Shown here one piece after another: positions 9,291 through 19,533 of a stretch of 64,000 bases of DNA. The notes below the pieces were generated by a model. The model did no database searches. It was given only the letters and a program-made list of their open reading frames with translations, and was not told the DNA's origin. The stretch covers positions 67,490 through 131,489 of the forward strand of contig JAWGHR010000004.1 in NCBI GenBank assembly GCA_032560695.1. Direction: 5' to 3'. Origin of the DNA: Peptoniphilus harei. Lineage in GTDB: Bacteria > Bacillota > Clostridia > Tissierellales > Peptoniphilaceae. A program made the position numbers and the translations under genes. Numbering within the stretch: the first letter of the stretch is position 1; each line of letters opens with the position of its first letter.

Positions 9291-10838
9291 TTAAGCTTCC
9301 TTCTTAATTACATCGATTATAGAACCATCTCTGTATTCTACAACTGCAACTACTTCGTCAGAGAATTCAACTTCTTCAGGCTTGCCTGTAAGTTTTTCTG
9401 CCATTTCTTGTAGTTCCTTGATGTCCTTAAGTTCAATTCCAGCCTTTTGGAATTTTTCGATTAAGTCTTGTCTCTTTGGATTTACAGCAATACCGTAGTC
9501 AGTACAGATTACGTCAACAGATTCGCCTGGTGTACAAACTGTTGTAACCTTGTCTTTGACAATTGGGTTTCTTGATCTTACAAGTGGTGCAAGTATAAGT
9601 GACATTTCTGCACCAGGTGCTGTATCTTGGTGACCACCAACTGCTTGGTTAATAACTCCGTCTGATCTTGTCATTACGTTTACGTTGAAGTCAGTGTCAA
9701 CTTCAAGAGCTCCAAGTAATACAAAGTCTAGAGTGTTAACTGCAGGTGTTGGGTTGTTAGGGTTCGCGTAAGATGATGCAGTTTGTTCAAAGTGTTTTGT
9801 GTTTTCACGAATTGATCTTACTGCGTCAAGGTCAAAGGATTGTGTATCGTAAATACCATCGATAAGACCTTCTTCAAGCATAGTTACCATATAACCTGTT
9901 ATTCCACCAAGGGCCATTGAAGCCTTGATGCCATCTTTTTTCATTTCTTCACGAAGAAGTTTTGCTACTGCAAGAGTTGAACCTGCTGCTCCAGTTTGGA
10001 ATCTAAAGCCGTCCTTATAAAGTCCAGAAGCCTTGATTGCCTTAACTGCATTGTTAGCAATTAATAGGTCACGTGGGTTGTCGTTAAATCTAATTGATCC
10101 AGAAACAATTCCCTTTGGATCACCAATTGCATCAACTTCTACAACATAGTCAACATACATCATGCCAATTGAAGCAGGAATATTTGGGAAGGGTACAAGG
10201 TTATCTGTGATTGCAACTACACAATCAGCATACTCAGCGTCAACAATTGCATAACCAAGTGATCCACAAGCTGCCTTTCCTTCTCGTCCATTAATGTTTC
10301 CATATTCGTCACATGCTGGTGCTGCAAGGAAGGCTACGTCGATATGAAGTTCTCCATCTTCGATAGCTCTTGCACGTCCACCGTGGGAACGAATGATACA
10401 TGGCTTTTTAAGGATACCTTGTGAAATTTTTTCTCCAAGTTCTCCTCTTAGTCCTGATGATTGAATTCCAGTGATTACACCTTGTTCAATTAGTGGAATT
10501 AACTTGTCATGGCATGGTGAAAGTGATGATGGAGCAAGTGTTAAGTCCTTGATGCCCATATCAGCAATAACTTGCATAACCATGTTTACAACATAGTCAC
10601 CATTTCTTAGGTGGTGGTGGAAGGAAATTGTCATTCCGTCCTTAAGTCCACTCTTCTTAACAGCTTCTTCAATAGAACCTAGAAGTTTTTTCTCGTCCCT
10701 ATTTCCGTATCTAATTTTTGGAGAAGCCTTTCTTTCAGTTCTAAGATATTTTCCTTCGCCTTTGAAAGGAACAAGTTCGCCAATGCCTTCAAGGGATTCA
10801 GGGATATCTCTTCCTACTGCATTTTTATTATAGTTCAT
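9291..10838 (-). CDS. citF: Citrate lyase alpha subunit (citrate CoA/ACP-transferase)
   Basis: GLKDGMTISFHHHLRNGD, RSHGGRARAIE, GGHQDTA, EYRDGSIIDV. Confidence 0.95.
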   Translation of the reverse strand: MNYNKNAVGRDIPESLEGIGELVPFKGEGKYLRTERKASPKIRYGNRDEKKLLGSIEEAVKKSGLKDGMTISFHHHLRNGDYVVNMVMQVIADMGIKDLTLAPSSLSPCHDKLIPLIEQGVITGIQSSGLRGELGEKISQGILKKPCIIRSHGGRARAIEDGELHIDVAFLAAPACDEYGNINGREGKAACGSLGYAIVDAEYADCVVAITDNLVPFPNIPASIGMMYVDYVVEVDAIGDPKGIVSGSIRFNDNPRDLLIANNAVKAIKASGLYKDGFRFQTGAAGSTLAVAKLLREEMKKDGIKASMALGGITGYMVTMLEEGLIDGIYDTQSFDLDAVRSIRENTKHFEQTASSYANPNNPTPAVNTLDFVLLGALEVDTDFNVNVMTRSDGVINQAVGGHQDTAPGAEMSLILAPLVRSRNPIVKDKVTTVCTPGESVDVICTDYGIAVNPKRQDLIEKFQKAGIELKDIKELQEMAEKLTGKPEEVEFSDEVVAVVEYRDGSIIDVIKKEA

Positions 10839-11727
10839 CAATATCCTCCTTCTTTAGCACTCCACTTGCAACTGCTAGGTCTAGAACTCTTTGTGCGCCA
10901 GCAATAACTGGATAGTCAACCATCTTGCCGTCAACAGTAATAACTCCAGAGCCCCTTCTTTCAGCTTCCTTAGAACCTGCAATAATACGAAGTGACTTCG
11001 TAATATCTTTTTCAGTTGGTGTGTAAACTTCATTTACAACTGCAATTTGTTTAGGGTGGATAACAGATTTTCCGTCAAATCCAAGATCCTTAATAAATTG
11101 AACTTCTTCCCTAAAGGCATCCATGTCATCAAGGTTTGTGTTAACTGTATCGAAGCAAGCAATGCCCGCGTTTCTTGCAGCTAAAACAATTTGACTTCTT
11201 GCTGCGAAAAGTTCCCAACCATGAGTTGACCTTTGAGTCTTTAGGTTAGTAACATAGTCAGCTGCTCCAAGTGCAATACCCATCATTCTTGGTGATGCCT
11301 TTGCAATATCAACTGCGTTAATAACTCCAGTTGGAGATTCAATAGCCGCCATCATAAGAGTTCTACCTTGGCAACCCATTTCTTCTTCAACTTCAGTGAT
11401 GATTTCATCTACATCTATAACGTCTTGTGCAGTTTCTGACTTTGGTAGTCTAATTACATCTACCCCAGCCTTAACAACTGCTTTAATATCTTCACGTCCA
11501 AAAGGTGTATCAAGGGCGTTAATTCTTACAACAACTTCAGTTTTTCCGTAGTCTAAAGTTTTTAGTGCATTGTAAACTAAAAATCTTGCCGCGTCTTTTT
11601 GATTTATGCTCGTAGCATCTTCAAGGTCAATCATAATTGAATCAGGACCGTAGATGTGAGCATCAGTGATGTTTGCAGGGTTGTTACCTGGAAGAAACAT
11701 CATTGTTCTTCTTAATCTCTCTTTCAA
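10828..11727 (-). CDS. citE: Citrate lyase beta subunit (citryl-ACP lyase)
   Basis: RLRRTMMFLPGNN, DLEDA, GFDGKSVIHP, VDGKMVD. Confidence 0.95.
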   Translation of the reverse strand: MKERLRRTMMFLPGNNPANITDAHIYGPDSIMIDLEDATSINQKDAARFLVYNALKTLDYGKTEVVVRINALDTPFGREDIKAVVKAGVDVIRLPKSETAQDVIDVDEIITEVEEEMGCQGRTLMMAAIESPTGVINAVDIAKASPRMMGIALGAADYVTNLKTQRSTHGWELFAARSQIVLAARNAGIACFDTVNTNLDDMDAFREEVQFIKDLGFDGKSVIHPKQIAVVNEVYTPTEKDITKSLRIIAGSKEAERRGSGVITVDGKMVDYPVIAGAQRVLDLAVASGVLKKEDIDEL

Positions 11728-11731
11728 AATA

Positions 11732-12013
11732 TCAGCTCCAATTATATTCTGTGCTTTCAGCTGCTCTAAAACATGCTGCTGCTACTCTTGCTTTAATTGT
11801 GTAGTCCAAGGCACCCTTGTCTACTGCAGTAACTTTTGCATTCTCTACATCTAATTCTTTTAAAGTTTCTCTTATAACTTTTTCAATTTGTTTACCAAAT
11901 TGTTTTTTTACTGAACTTTCTAGTTCAATAGATATGCCGTCTCCGTCATCAATAGTGATTAAAATATCATTTGACTCAAGAGTTCCGGCCATGGCTTCTT
12001 TTTTTAGTTTCAA
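11732..12013 (-). CDS. citD: Citrate lyase acyl carrier protein (gamma subunit)
   Basis: AGTLESND attachment Ser, SSVKKQFG, DKGALD. Confidence 0.95.
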   Translation of the reverse strand: MKLKKEAMAGTLESNDILITIDDGDGISIELESSVKKQFGKQIEKVIRETLKELDVENAKVTAVDKGALDYTIKARVAAACFRAAESTEYNWS

Positions 12014-12030
12014 AAAAATCCCTCCTACGT

Positions 12031-13320
12031 CTACATGAGCGTTCCAAAGAGTACTGATCCTATAACAAGTATTATTCCTCCACCAAGTCTTGATGAAAGT
12101 TGTGCATAAGAAATTAAATCCATTCTGTCAGCTGCTCCAAGAACTGCTAAGTCACCAGATCCACCTCTGTTTGCCATACATAGGCCTGCTGTAACAGCAG
12201 AGTCAACAAAGAAGAATCCAACAAGGTGTCCAACAAGTCCTGAACCAATAACAGCACCAACAACAATTAAGAATGACATAACAACATTACCAAAAGTGAT
12301 AGCTTCTCTTAGTTCAACTAAGTCAGTTTCAACACCAACACCAACCATAATTAAGATTACAATGTTCTTAGTAAAGAAAGATTGAACTTCCTTTGCAGCT
12401 TGTCTAAGTGGGCCAGGAACAATTCCAAGTCCGTTAGCGAGAGCAACGATAATAATCATAAAAGCAAATGGGTGAATTGGCACTGAAGGAACTAGTGGAT
12501 CCCAAACCTTATCAGCTACAAGTCTACCAAGTTGATAGAAAGTAAGAGCCATTAAAATTGCTCCAGCATAGTCCTTTAATTGTGTAGTAAACTTTTCTTC
12601 ATTTTGTTCAATTTCAGGAGCAGATCTCATAAGAGTCTTCTTGTCTCCTGTAAGTCCTGGCTTACTGCTTCCTAGCTTATTTAAAATACCACCAGCAATA
12701 ATGGCAAAGATATTAGCAATTGTAAGAATTGAAATAGCAAAGCCATAGTAGTTTGCAGCAGCATCTCCTGTAACTCTTTCATAGATTTGACTTAGAGGAA
12801 CAGCACCTGCACCGTTACCTCCACCCATTACAGGAAGAACATATTTTAAAACTGTGTTTGCTGGAGAAACTCCAAAGATAAGTCCACCAATAATACCAAG
12901 AATTGCAGCACCTAAAACTCCACCAAGAATTGCTGGAATATATCCTGCAAAAGACTTAATCATAAGATCTCTATTTAGTCCAAGAAGTGAACCAGAGATA
13001 AGCATTATGATAAAGAAGTTTAACAGTCCCATAGGCTTTGAGTTAACAGATGAAATAAGTTCTACATATTCTTCTGGTATAACATTTAGATAAACTAAAA
13101 CTGCTGTACCCAAGAAGGCAAGAACAAGTCCACCACCAACATAAGTGTTCCAAATTGGAATTCTCTCACCAATTTCATATAAAATAATACCTATTGCGAA
13201 CATCAGGGCAACTCCGCCCGCTAAATCTTTTGACAAAACTCCCATATATGTTGCAATAAAAACAATTGCAGATAAAACCAATAGCATTGGAAGATTAAGT
13301 CCAAAATATTTTTTCTTCAA
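12031..13320 (-). CDS. citS: 2-hydroxycarboxylate (citrate:Na+) symporter
   Basis: MGGGNGAGAVPLS and GLCMANRGGSGD..SSRLGG 2HCT motifs; lies in the cit operon. Confidence 0.88.
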   Translation of the reverse strand: MKKKYFGLNLPMLLVLSAIVFIATYMGVLSKDLAGGVALMFAIGIILYEIGERIPIWNTYVGGGLVLAFLGTAVLVYLNVIPEEYVELISSVNSKPMGLLNFFIIMLISGSLLGLNRDLMIKSFAGYIPAILGGVLGAAILGIIGGLIFGVSPANTVLKYVLPVMGGGNGAGAVPLSQIYERVTGDAAANYYGFAISILTIANIFAIIAGGILNKLGSSKPGLTGDKKTLMRSAPEIEQNEEKFTTQLKDYAGAILMALTFYQLGRLVADKVWDPLVPSVPIHPFAFMIIIVALANGLGIVPGPLRQAAKEVQSFFTKNIVILIMVGVGVETDLVELREAITFGNVVMSFLIVVGAVIGSGLVGHLVGFFFVDSAVTAGLCMANRGGSGDLAVLGAADRMDLISYAQLSSRLGGGIILVIGSVLFGTLM

Positions 13321-13413
13321 TAGAAAAACCTCCTTTTTCTTTATGATACCCTAGAAACACATCCTTATTCAAGATATTAAACCGCTGAAACGCCTATCTT
13401 TAGCAAATATAAA

Positions 13414-13428
13414 ATTGTTACAGTAACA
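13414..13428. promoter_or_regulatory. Palindromic operator candidate upstream of citS-citDEF
   Basis: TTGTTAC-A-GTAACAA inverted repeat (position approximate to 1 nt). Confidence 0.4.
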
Positions 13429-13571
13429 AATTTAATTTGTGGTATCGCTTTACCTCTACTAATTAATTTAATTAAACAAGAAGATATTGAGCTTTTCCAT
13501 AAAAAAATAAGAGATTTAATAAACAAAATCTCTTATCTAAAATCTATAGATTATCTATTAAATTTTATAAA

Positions 13572-14102
13572 TCAAAAACTATACCCTATATCCTCTATTA
13601 TAATTTCTCTGACTCTATCTTCAAGTTCTTCTATGTCGTGTTTCTCTTCCTTGATGCAAGTTCTTGCTGTATCGCCACAAATTATGCACTTTCTCTCTGG
13701 AAGTCCCAAGGATGATCTTGAGATTTGTGAGAAGTCCTTATCGTAGATATCGATGTCAAGGAGTCTACCTCCCATGGATTCTTCTTCCACTTCCATCATG
13801 AGTTTTTTTATTTCTCTCCCATCGACATCTAGGACTGCAAGGTACTCCATGCCTGTGACTAGATTTTTGTAGTCTTCAAATAATATTTTTATTTTATTTT
13901 CTTTCAAAAGATTTTTAATCTTCTCTACATATTTTTTGTGGAAGCTTACGGCTTCTTCAAAGTTTTTGTCTTCTCCAGGAATGTTTAACATAAAGGAAAG
14001 GACTGGGGCCTCATATTTTTCTGTAAGGTCCTTAATCTTGTAATATCTTTTTTCCTTGGCTTCAAGCATCCTATTCATGGCAAGTATCTTAGAGTCTATC
14101 AT
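13572..14102 (-). CDS. citX: Holo-citrate lyase synthase (phosphoribosyl-dephospho-CoA transferase)
   Basis: LNIPG..K, EE...GRLLDIDI, R..LGLPERKCIIC. Confidence 0.9.
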   Translation of the reverse strand: MIDSKILAMNRMLEAKEKRYYKIKDLTEKYEAPVLSFMLNIPGEDKNFEEAVSFHKKYVEKIKNLLKENKIKILFEDYKNLVTGMEYLAVLDVDGREIKKLMMEVEEESMGGRLLDIDIYDKDFSQISRSSLGLPERKCIICGDTARTCIKEEKHDIEELEDRVREIIIEDIGYSF

Positions 14103-15081
14103 TTATTATCCTCTGTCCTTCTTCTGACTTAAGAGCCTTTATCGTTGCTTCTGGCAAAAATCTATAAGCTTCTTCAAATTTTCTTTCTTTTAAAAGGGCC
14201 CTAACTTTTGAAGCAGAAATTATTTCATTGTCCAGACTTGTCCTTGGAATTTCTACGACTTCTACTCCATATTCTGGCAAGATTCTTTCCATAGTTTCGT
14301 TATAATTTTTTGTAACAACATCTTTGTCTTCGCTTCCCACAAATCTCTTTTTGATATTTAAGGCCTTGGCAAAGTAGTTTCCAAATATTTTTGTGTCAAG
14401 CTCTGAATAAGCCTTTAGGATTGTTTTTTCATCTTTATAAAAATATGTTGGGAAGGTATTTTTTGAAATAATGTAGTCGTTGCCAGGGTGAACAATGATA
14501 TCGTCATACTTTTCCAACTCTTCTTTTACAATCTTGTACCTAAAGTCGTAAGGGAAGGTGGACCCGTCCTCCTCCACCATAAAGATGTGAAGAAGGTCTG
14601 TTCTCTTTCTCGCTTCTTCAATTAAATAGAGGTGACCCTTGGTCATGGGGTTGGCATTTATAACAATTGCGCCAGACTCCCTCGTGTCTTCTATGTTTTT
14701 TAAGAGTTTGTGAAGTTCATCTATTTTATTGTCTAAGAGTGCAACATCTTCTGTCTCTTCTACTAGAGAAAATCCAAAGTCTGTAAAGATTTTAATATTC
14801 TTTGGCTTTGTAAAGATGAATAGATGATTATTCCCAATCTCGTATTGGTGATCAAGTAGCCTTGTGATTATTGCATTGGTAATTCCCATGCCTTGGTAAG
14901 CTGGGTCAATGGCAAAGCACTTTAGAACCCTGCCAGCACAGGACCCAGTTCCAACAATTTTGTCGCCGTCAAGTGCCACAAGAGTGTAGTCCACATCTCT
15001 CTCATAGTTTATGTCAAAGTCCTCCAAGAATTTCTCAACATTCTTCTTTTCAAATTTCATAACTTGTCTATAATCAATCAA
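14089..15081 (-). CDS. citC: [Citrate lyase] ligase
   Basis: N-terminal GNAT-like region, NANPMTKGH, YIISKNTFPTYF, ISASKVR. Confidence 0.92.
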   Translation of the reverse strand: MIDYRQVMKFEKKNVEKFLEDFDINYERDVDYTLVALDGDKIVGTGSCAGRVLKCFAIDPAYQGMGITNAIITRLLDHQYEIGNNHLFIFTKPKNIKIFTDFGFSLVEETEDVALLDNKIDELHKLLKNIEDTRESGAIVINANPMTKGHLYLIEEARKRTDLLHIFMVEEDGSTFPYDFRYKIVKEELEKYDDIIVHPGNDYIISKNTFPTYFYKDEKTILKAYSELDTKIFGNYFAKALNIKKRFVGSEDKDVVTKNYNETMERILPEYGVEVVEIPRTSLDNEIISASKVRALLKERKFEEAYRFLPEATIKALKSEEGQRIINDRL

Positions 15082-15898
15082 TGTTTCCCTCCAAGAGATA
15101 AAAATACAAGGTAAGAATCAAAAAGTCAGCACAGCCACCGGGGCTTAGGTTTCTCCTCTTGTATTCTTCATTTATTTTTTGGATTTCTTTCATTCCAGCT
15201 TCATTTTCGTACAACTTTTTTTCAAGGACCTGGCTCGAAGTTTCTTTTAAAAATTCTAGACCTTCAAGCCCTCCTCTTTTGATTATGTTTGAATCCTCGA
15301 TAAGGGACATGAAGTAAAATAAGGTTCCAGTTAGGGCGTAGTCAAAGTTTGTCTTTTTCTCGGCTTCCTTTAAGAAGTCAAGTCCCATAAGGGCCTTCTT
15401 AAAACCTTCTTCTGCCTCTTCTCTTATTCCCTTTAGTCCATATTTTTTGTAATTTCTTTCGCCATGAGTCTCGGCCTTTTCTATTTTTAATTCCTCACTT
15501 ATGCCACGATTTAAGTAAGCCACCCTATCAATTACCTTATCAAAAGAAAAATCTTCTCTTTTTATTTCTATTGCCGTTGCATATACCATGAGACCAAGAG
15601 AAAAAATAATTCCCTTGTGGGTGTTGGCTCCACCAGTTACTGCCTTCATCTTATCTTCGTAAAGCTTTCCATACTCTCTAAGCTCCAAGAAGTCCTCTCC
15701 CTTAGATTTTTCTCCAAGCTCGTAAGAAATTTTGAAATAGTCGTAGAGGACTAGGGCTGACTTTATGAAGTCCATATAGTCCATGTCGTCGTGGGCTCCC
15801 ACATCTATTAGGCTGACAAGTCCTGGCTTGGGACTTAAAGATACCTCGTAGATGAGAGCGTAGCTAGCAAGCCTTGCGATTTTATCTGAATTTAACAT
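15074..15898 (-). CDS. citG: Triphosphoribosyl-dephospho-CoA synthase
   Basis: EV...PKPGLV, GAHDDM, NTHKGIIFSLG, SPGGCAD. Confidence 0.92.
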   Translation of the reverse strand: MLNSDKIARLASYALIYEVSLSPKPGLVSLIDVGAHDDMDYMDFIKSALVLYDYFKISYELGEKSKGEDFLELREYGKLYEDKMKAVTGGANTHKGIIFSLGLMVYATAIEIKREDFSFDKVIDRVAYLNRGISEELKIEKAETHGERNYKKYGLKGIREEAEEGFKKALMGLDFLKEAEKKTNFDYALTGTLFYFMSLIEDSNIIKRGGLEGLEFLKETSSQVLEKKLYENEAGMKEIQKINEEYKRRNLSPGGCADFLILTLYFYLLEGNID

Positions 15899-16079
15899 AA
15901 TCCCTCCGACTTCATTATAATAAATAAAAAAATTTTCATCTACTTTTTATTTTTGTGTGAGTTACATCCTAATTTTGTCATCAAAAAAAGAGAGGTCTAG
16001 GCCTCTCAATTTCTATTTTAAACTATTCAATTTATTTTGATTTTAATTTCAACATTTTTAACCTTAAATCAAAATCTAA

Positions 16080-17288
16080 TTAAAATTGGGCGTCATTATA
16101 TCTTGCCTTGTAGACATAGGAGTTTTGATTTAAGGCTGTTAGGATTTCGTCTTGGTGGTTCTTATCCTTGGTGTCAATAACAACGCTTACTATCATTGAG
16201 TCAATTGTGTCTCCAACTAGGTCGATGTTTTGATTAATCTTGACTATGTTTGCTCCTTGCTTTTCAAGAAGTGCTGACATCTTGGATATTTGTCCTGGTT
16301 GGTCGTCTAACTTAATCTTAAGTTCCATCCTCCTATTAGTCTTATAGAGTCCCTTTTGAATAACTTTTGAAACTCGAGTGACGTCAATGTTGCCACCAGA
16401 AAGGATACAACAAACTTTTTTGCCCCTGTGGTTGAACTTCTTATACATAAGGGCTGCAACTGTAGATGCCGCTGCTCCTTCTGTGATGATTTTGTTGTCC
16501 TCAAGAAGGGTTAAGATTGCAGAAGAAATTTCGCCTTCAGTTACAAGAACTATGTCGTCTACATATTCCTTTACCATCTCATATGTAATTTCTCCCGGAG
16601 TCTTAACTGCGATTCCATCGGCAATTGTTGATCCACCTGTCACTGTTAGACGCTTGCCCTCTCTCACTGACTCATACATTGATGGGGCAATTTTTGTTTG
16701 GACTCCAATTATCTTTATGTCTGGATTAATGGACTTTGCTGCAAGGGCAACTCCAGATATTAGTCCACCACCACCAATTGGCACAACTATTATGTCAACG
16801 TCTGGCAGCTCTTCTAGAATTTCTAGCCCAACTGTACCTTGGCCTGCAATAATTTTTTCATCGTCAAAGGGCGCAATAAAAGTGTAGCCTTCTTCTTTAG
16901 CTAATTTTTTTGCAAAGGCTGCTGCATCGTCAAAGGAATCTTTAACAAGTTCTACTTCAGCTCCATAATTTCTTGTTGCCTTTACCTTGGATAGGGGTGC
17001 GTGATAAGGCATACAAATAACAGACTTTATCCCCCTCTCGCTTGCTGACTTGGCAACACCTTGGGCGTGGTTACCTGCTGAGCAAGCTACAACTCCTCTT
17101 TCTGCTTCTTCATCTGATAGGGTTGCAATCTTGTTATAGGCTCCCCTAAGTTTAAAAGACCCTGTGTCTTGTAGAACTTCAACCTTTAGGTAAATATCTT
17201 CTCCAAGGTTTGGAGCATAAACTACAGGAGTTTCCTTTATGTGACCCTTTAGTCTTTCTCTGGCTTCGTAAACTTCTTTCACGTCCAT
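16080..17288 (-). CDS. ilvA: Threonine ammonia-lyase (medium form with C-terminal ACT domain)
   Basis: TGSFKLRGA, SAGNHAQG, PIGGGGLISG, LSGGNID; start reset to MDVKE after an AGGTGAG RBS. Confidence 0.88.
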   Translation of the reverse strand: MDVKEVYEARERLKGHIKETPVVYAPNLGEDIYLKVEVLQDTGSFKLRGAYNKIATLSDEEAERGVVACSAGNHAQGVAKSASERGIKSVICMPYHAPLSKVKATRNYGAEVELVKDSFDDAAAFAKKLAKEEGYTFIAPFDDEKIIAGQGTVGLEILEELPDVDIIVVPIGGGGLISGVALAAKSINPDIKIIGVQTKIAPSMYESVREGKRLTVTGGSTIADGIAVKTPGEITYEMVKEYVDDIVLVTEGEISSAILTLLEDNKIITEGAAASTVAALMYKKFNHRGKKVCCILSGGNIDVTRVSKVIQKGLYKTNRRMELKIKLDDQPGQISKMSALLEKQGANIVKINQNIDLVGDTIDSMIVSVVIDTKDKNHQDEILTALNQNSYVYKARYNDAQF

Positions 17289-17289
17289 T

Positions 17290-17514
17290 TTACTCACCTT
17301 CTTTTTTATGATGGACAATACTTATAAATTTATCTCCTTCTAAAATTTTCCTAACTCTCTTTTCAAAATCCATGCGGCTCATCCAAACAACTCTGTCACA
17401 ACCCAGGCACTTTAGCTTCATGTCGGCGCCCTTTCTTGCTATTTCCCACTTATTCTCACCACATGGATGTCCCTTCTTTAGGGTAACTATATCACCTAAT
17501 TCATAGTAAAGCAT
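17290..17514 (-). CDS. DUF951 family protein
   Basis: GDIVTLKKGHPCGENKWEI..GAD.KLKC.GC. Confidence 0.88.
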   Translation of the reverse strand: MLYYELGDIVTLKKGHPCGENKWEIARKGADMKLKCLGCDRVVWMSRMDFEKRVRKILEGDKFISIVHHKKEGE

Positions 17515-18379
17515 GATCATCTTCTCCTTTTATAAACTTATTCCTAATCATAGGAGACTTAATATTTTCTCTTTGCATTGTTTTTAAAATCTCGGACCTA
17601 AGAGCAAACTCTAAGTCATATTGCCTGCCCTGCCTTGTGTAATACACAAGAGCCATCTTGTAGGCATCTTTTCCATTTTCAGTGACTCCCCAAAAGTTTG
17701 GTCCCATGACCATGTCTTCGTGGTCCCTGTACTTTTCTATGGCAGCCTTAATTTTTTCTTCCACAAAGTCTGGGTCGCAAGAATTATCTAGATAAAATTC
17801 AATTTTTGTCCTGACATTTGCCCTTTCCTTGTTGGAAATAATTGAAATGTTGCTGTTGGGAATGACGTGAAGAATCTTATCAAAGTCACGAATTTTTGTG
17901 ACCCTAAGTCCCAAGTCCTCCACAACTCCTTCGATGTCACCAATCTCAATTAGGTCGCCAACTGAGTATTGGTCTTCAAAAATTATGAAGAAACCATTGA
18001 TAAAGTCCTTCACAAGACTTTGGGCACCAACACCAATTGCCAGTGAAAATACACCTAGAGTTGCAATAATTGGCGCAATAGAAATGTTAAAGACGCTCAT
18101 AACGATGGTAACTCCGATAAAAATTAGGATCACCTTGATGATACGCCTAATTAAGTTTGTTACAGTTACAATCCTGTTGTAGGATCCCTTTTCTTTTATC
18201 TTGTCTGAATTTAACTGCCTGCCTATAAAGGAATCTATTAATTTTAAAATTACAAAAGTTCCAATAACTACAAGGGCAACTACAAGGAACCTCTCCCAAG
18301 ACTCTAGACTTCCAAAGGTTGATCTAAGGGCCTTGTCTGCCTCACTTGCAACAGCGTCTGTATTTTTTTCTATGTTCAC
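17501..18379 (-). CDS. mscS: Small-conductance mechanosensitive channel family protein
   Basis: LAIGVGAQSLVKDFINGFFIIFEDQYSVGD, IPNS. Confidence 0.9.
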   Translation of the reverse strand: MNIEKNTDAVASEADKALRSTFGSLESWERFLVVALVVIGTFVILKLIDSFIGRQLNSDKIKEKGSYNRIVTVTNLIRRIIKVILIFIGVTIVMSVFNISIAPIIATLGVFSLAIGVGAQSLVKDFINGFFIIFEDQYSVGDLIEIGDIEGVVEDLGLRVTKIRDFDKILHVIPNSNISIISNKERANVRTKIEFYLDNSCDPDFVEEKIKAAIEKYRDHEDMVMGPNFWGVTENGKDAYKMALVYYTRQGRQYDLEFALRSEILKTMQRENIKSPMIRNKFIKGEDDHALL

Positions 18380-18381
18380 TT

Positions 18382-19461
18382 TTACACCTCTTTGTAAGTT
18401 GTCTCTATCTTGTTATCATCTTCTCTTATTGTATTTGTGTTCACAACGGAATAAAGACTTAGGTCGCCATTTCTCATAGCTCCAATCAAAAGCCCGTTGA
18501 TCTTAATCTTGTCTAGGGAGTAGCCAAGTCTTGTGTAAAATTCTCCCGAATTTCCAATTTCTCCACCAACATCACTTGGTCCATAAACATAAATTGATCC
18601 AGAAATATTTTCCATCTTGTTTACATTTGCTGCAATTACTTTTTTCTTTCCTGCCTTTAAGATGTAATTGTATTCTGTGATAATTCCAGAGTGAAGGAGG
18701 TAGGTCTTCTTGCCTTCCACCAAGATATCAGAAATATTTGGCACCTTGTCCTCATATATTTTGCCGGAATTCATAAACCTATAAATAGTTTTGTCTGTAA
18801 GAGCCAAGACTGACCTCTTGTCTCTCTTTAGGTACATGACAACTTCGTGGTTAAGAGAATGGCTCGTCTTTTCTCCCTTGTTTAGATTATAAACAAGAGA
18901 AGAGTAACCTGTTGTTTCATTTTTTATTTCTGCAACAGAAAGATTTTTATTGTCAACTACATCGTGGACCAAGATCTGATTACCCGTCCTGTAGATTTCA
19001 GTAAGACTTGAGTCATTTCCCATTAAGTATAAAATTTCATTTTTCTCATCAACAACATGAAAAATAATATTTGCATTCTCATAAGTTATGTTAAAGATGT
19101 CGCCCTTTACATCTGTTGTGGAAAGGAGCTCGCCCATCTCTGAATACATGTGGACCTTGCCAAGGTCCTTCTCATACAAGAAGGCGTAGTTATTGGCAAA
19201 GAAGGCCTCAATATTTTCATCTTCCCTTTGGATTTTTTTTACAATATTTCCTTCCCTGTCTGTGATATATAAAACTGGGTCAGCCCACAAAAAGACAGAC
19301 TTAGATGCAAGGCTAAAGTCCTCTATGGGTTCATTAACACTTACTCCCTTAAGTCTTACTATGGTCCTGTCCTTGGAAAAATTTTTATGGTTAATATATA
19401 TAAATCCTAAAAATATAAATAACAAAAATAAAATTATTGCGTGATTTTTTTTAATTTTCAA
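18382..19461 (-). CDS. Membrane-anchored hypothetical protein (beta-rich, possibly DUF5711-like)
   Basis: N-terminal TM anchor; 359-aa ORF in an operon with mscS. Confidence 0.6.
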   Translation of the reverse strand: MKIKKNHAIILFLLFIFLGFIYINHKNFSKDRTIVRLKGVSVNEPIEDFSLASKSVFLWADPVLYITDREGNIVKKIQREDENIEAFFANNYAFLYEKDLGKVHMYSEMGELLSTTDVKGDIFNITYENANIIFHVVDEKNEILYLMGNDSSLTEIYRTGNQILVHDVVDNKNLSVAEIKNETTGYSSLVYNLNKGEKTSHSLNHEVVMYLKRDKRSVLALTDKTIYRFMNSGKIYEDKVPNISDILVEGKKTYLLHSGIITEYNYILKAGKKKVIAANVNKMENISGSIYVYGPSDVGGEIGNSGEFYTRLGYSLDKIKINGLLIGAMRNGDLSLYSVVNTNTIREDDNKIETTYKEV

Positions 19462-19533
19462 AATACCACTCCCGACTTCATTATAACATTTATACTTTTA
19501 CTTTTGCATTGAATTGACATAAAAAAAGAGGGG

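Noticed and set aside
16378..16887. 169-aa plus-strand ORF, and similar ones at 43351-43926, 57535-57984, 6238-6624 and 54616-54990
   Set aside because: Antisense shadows of well-supported genes, with no recognisable motifs
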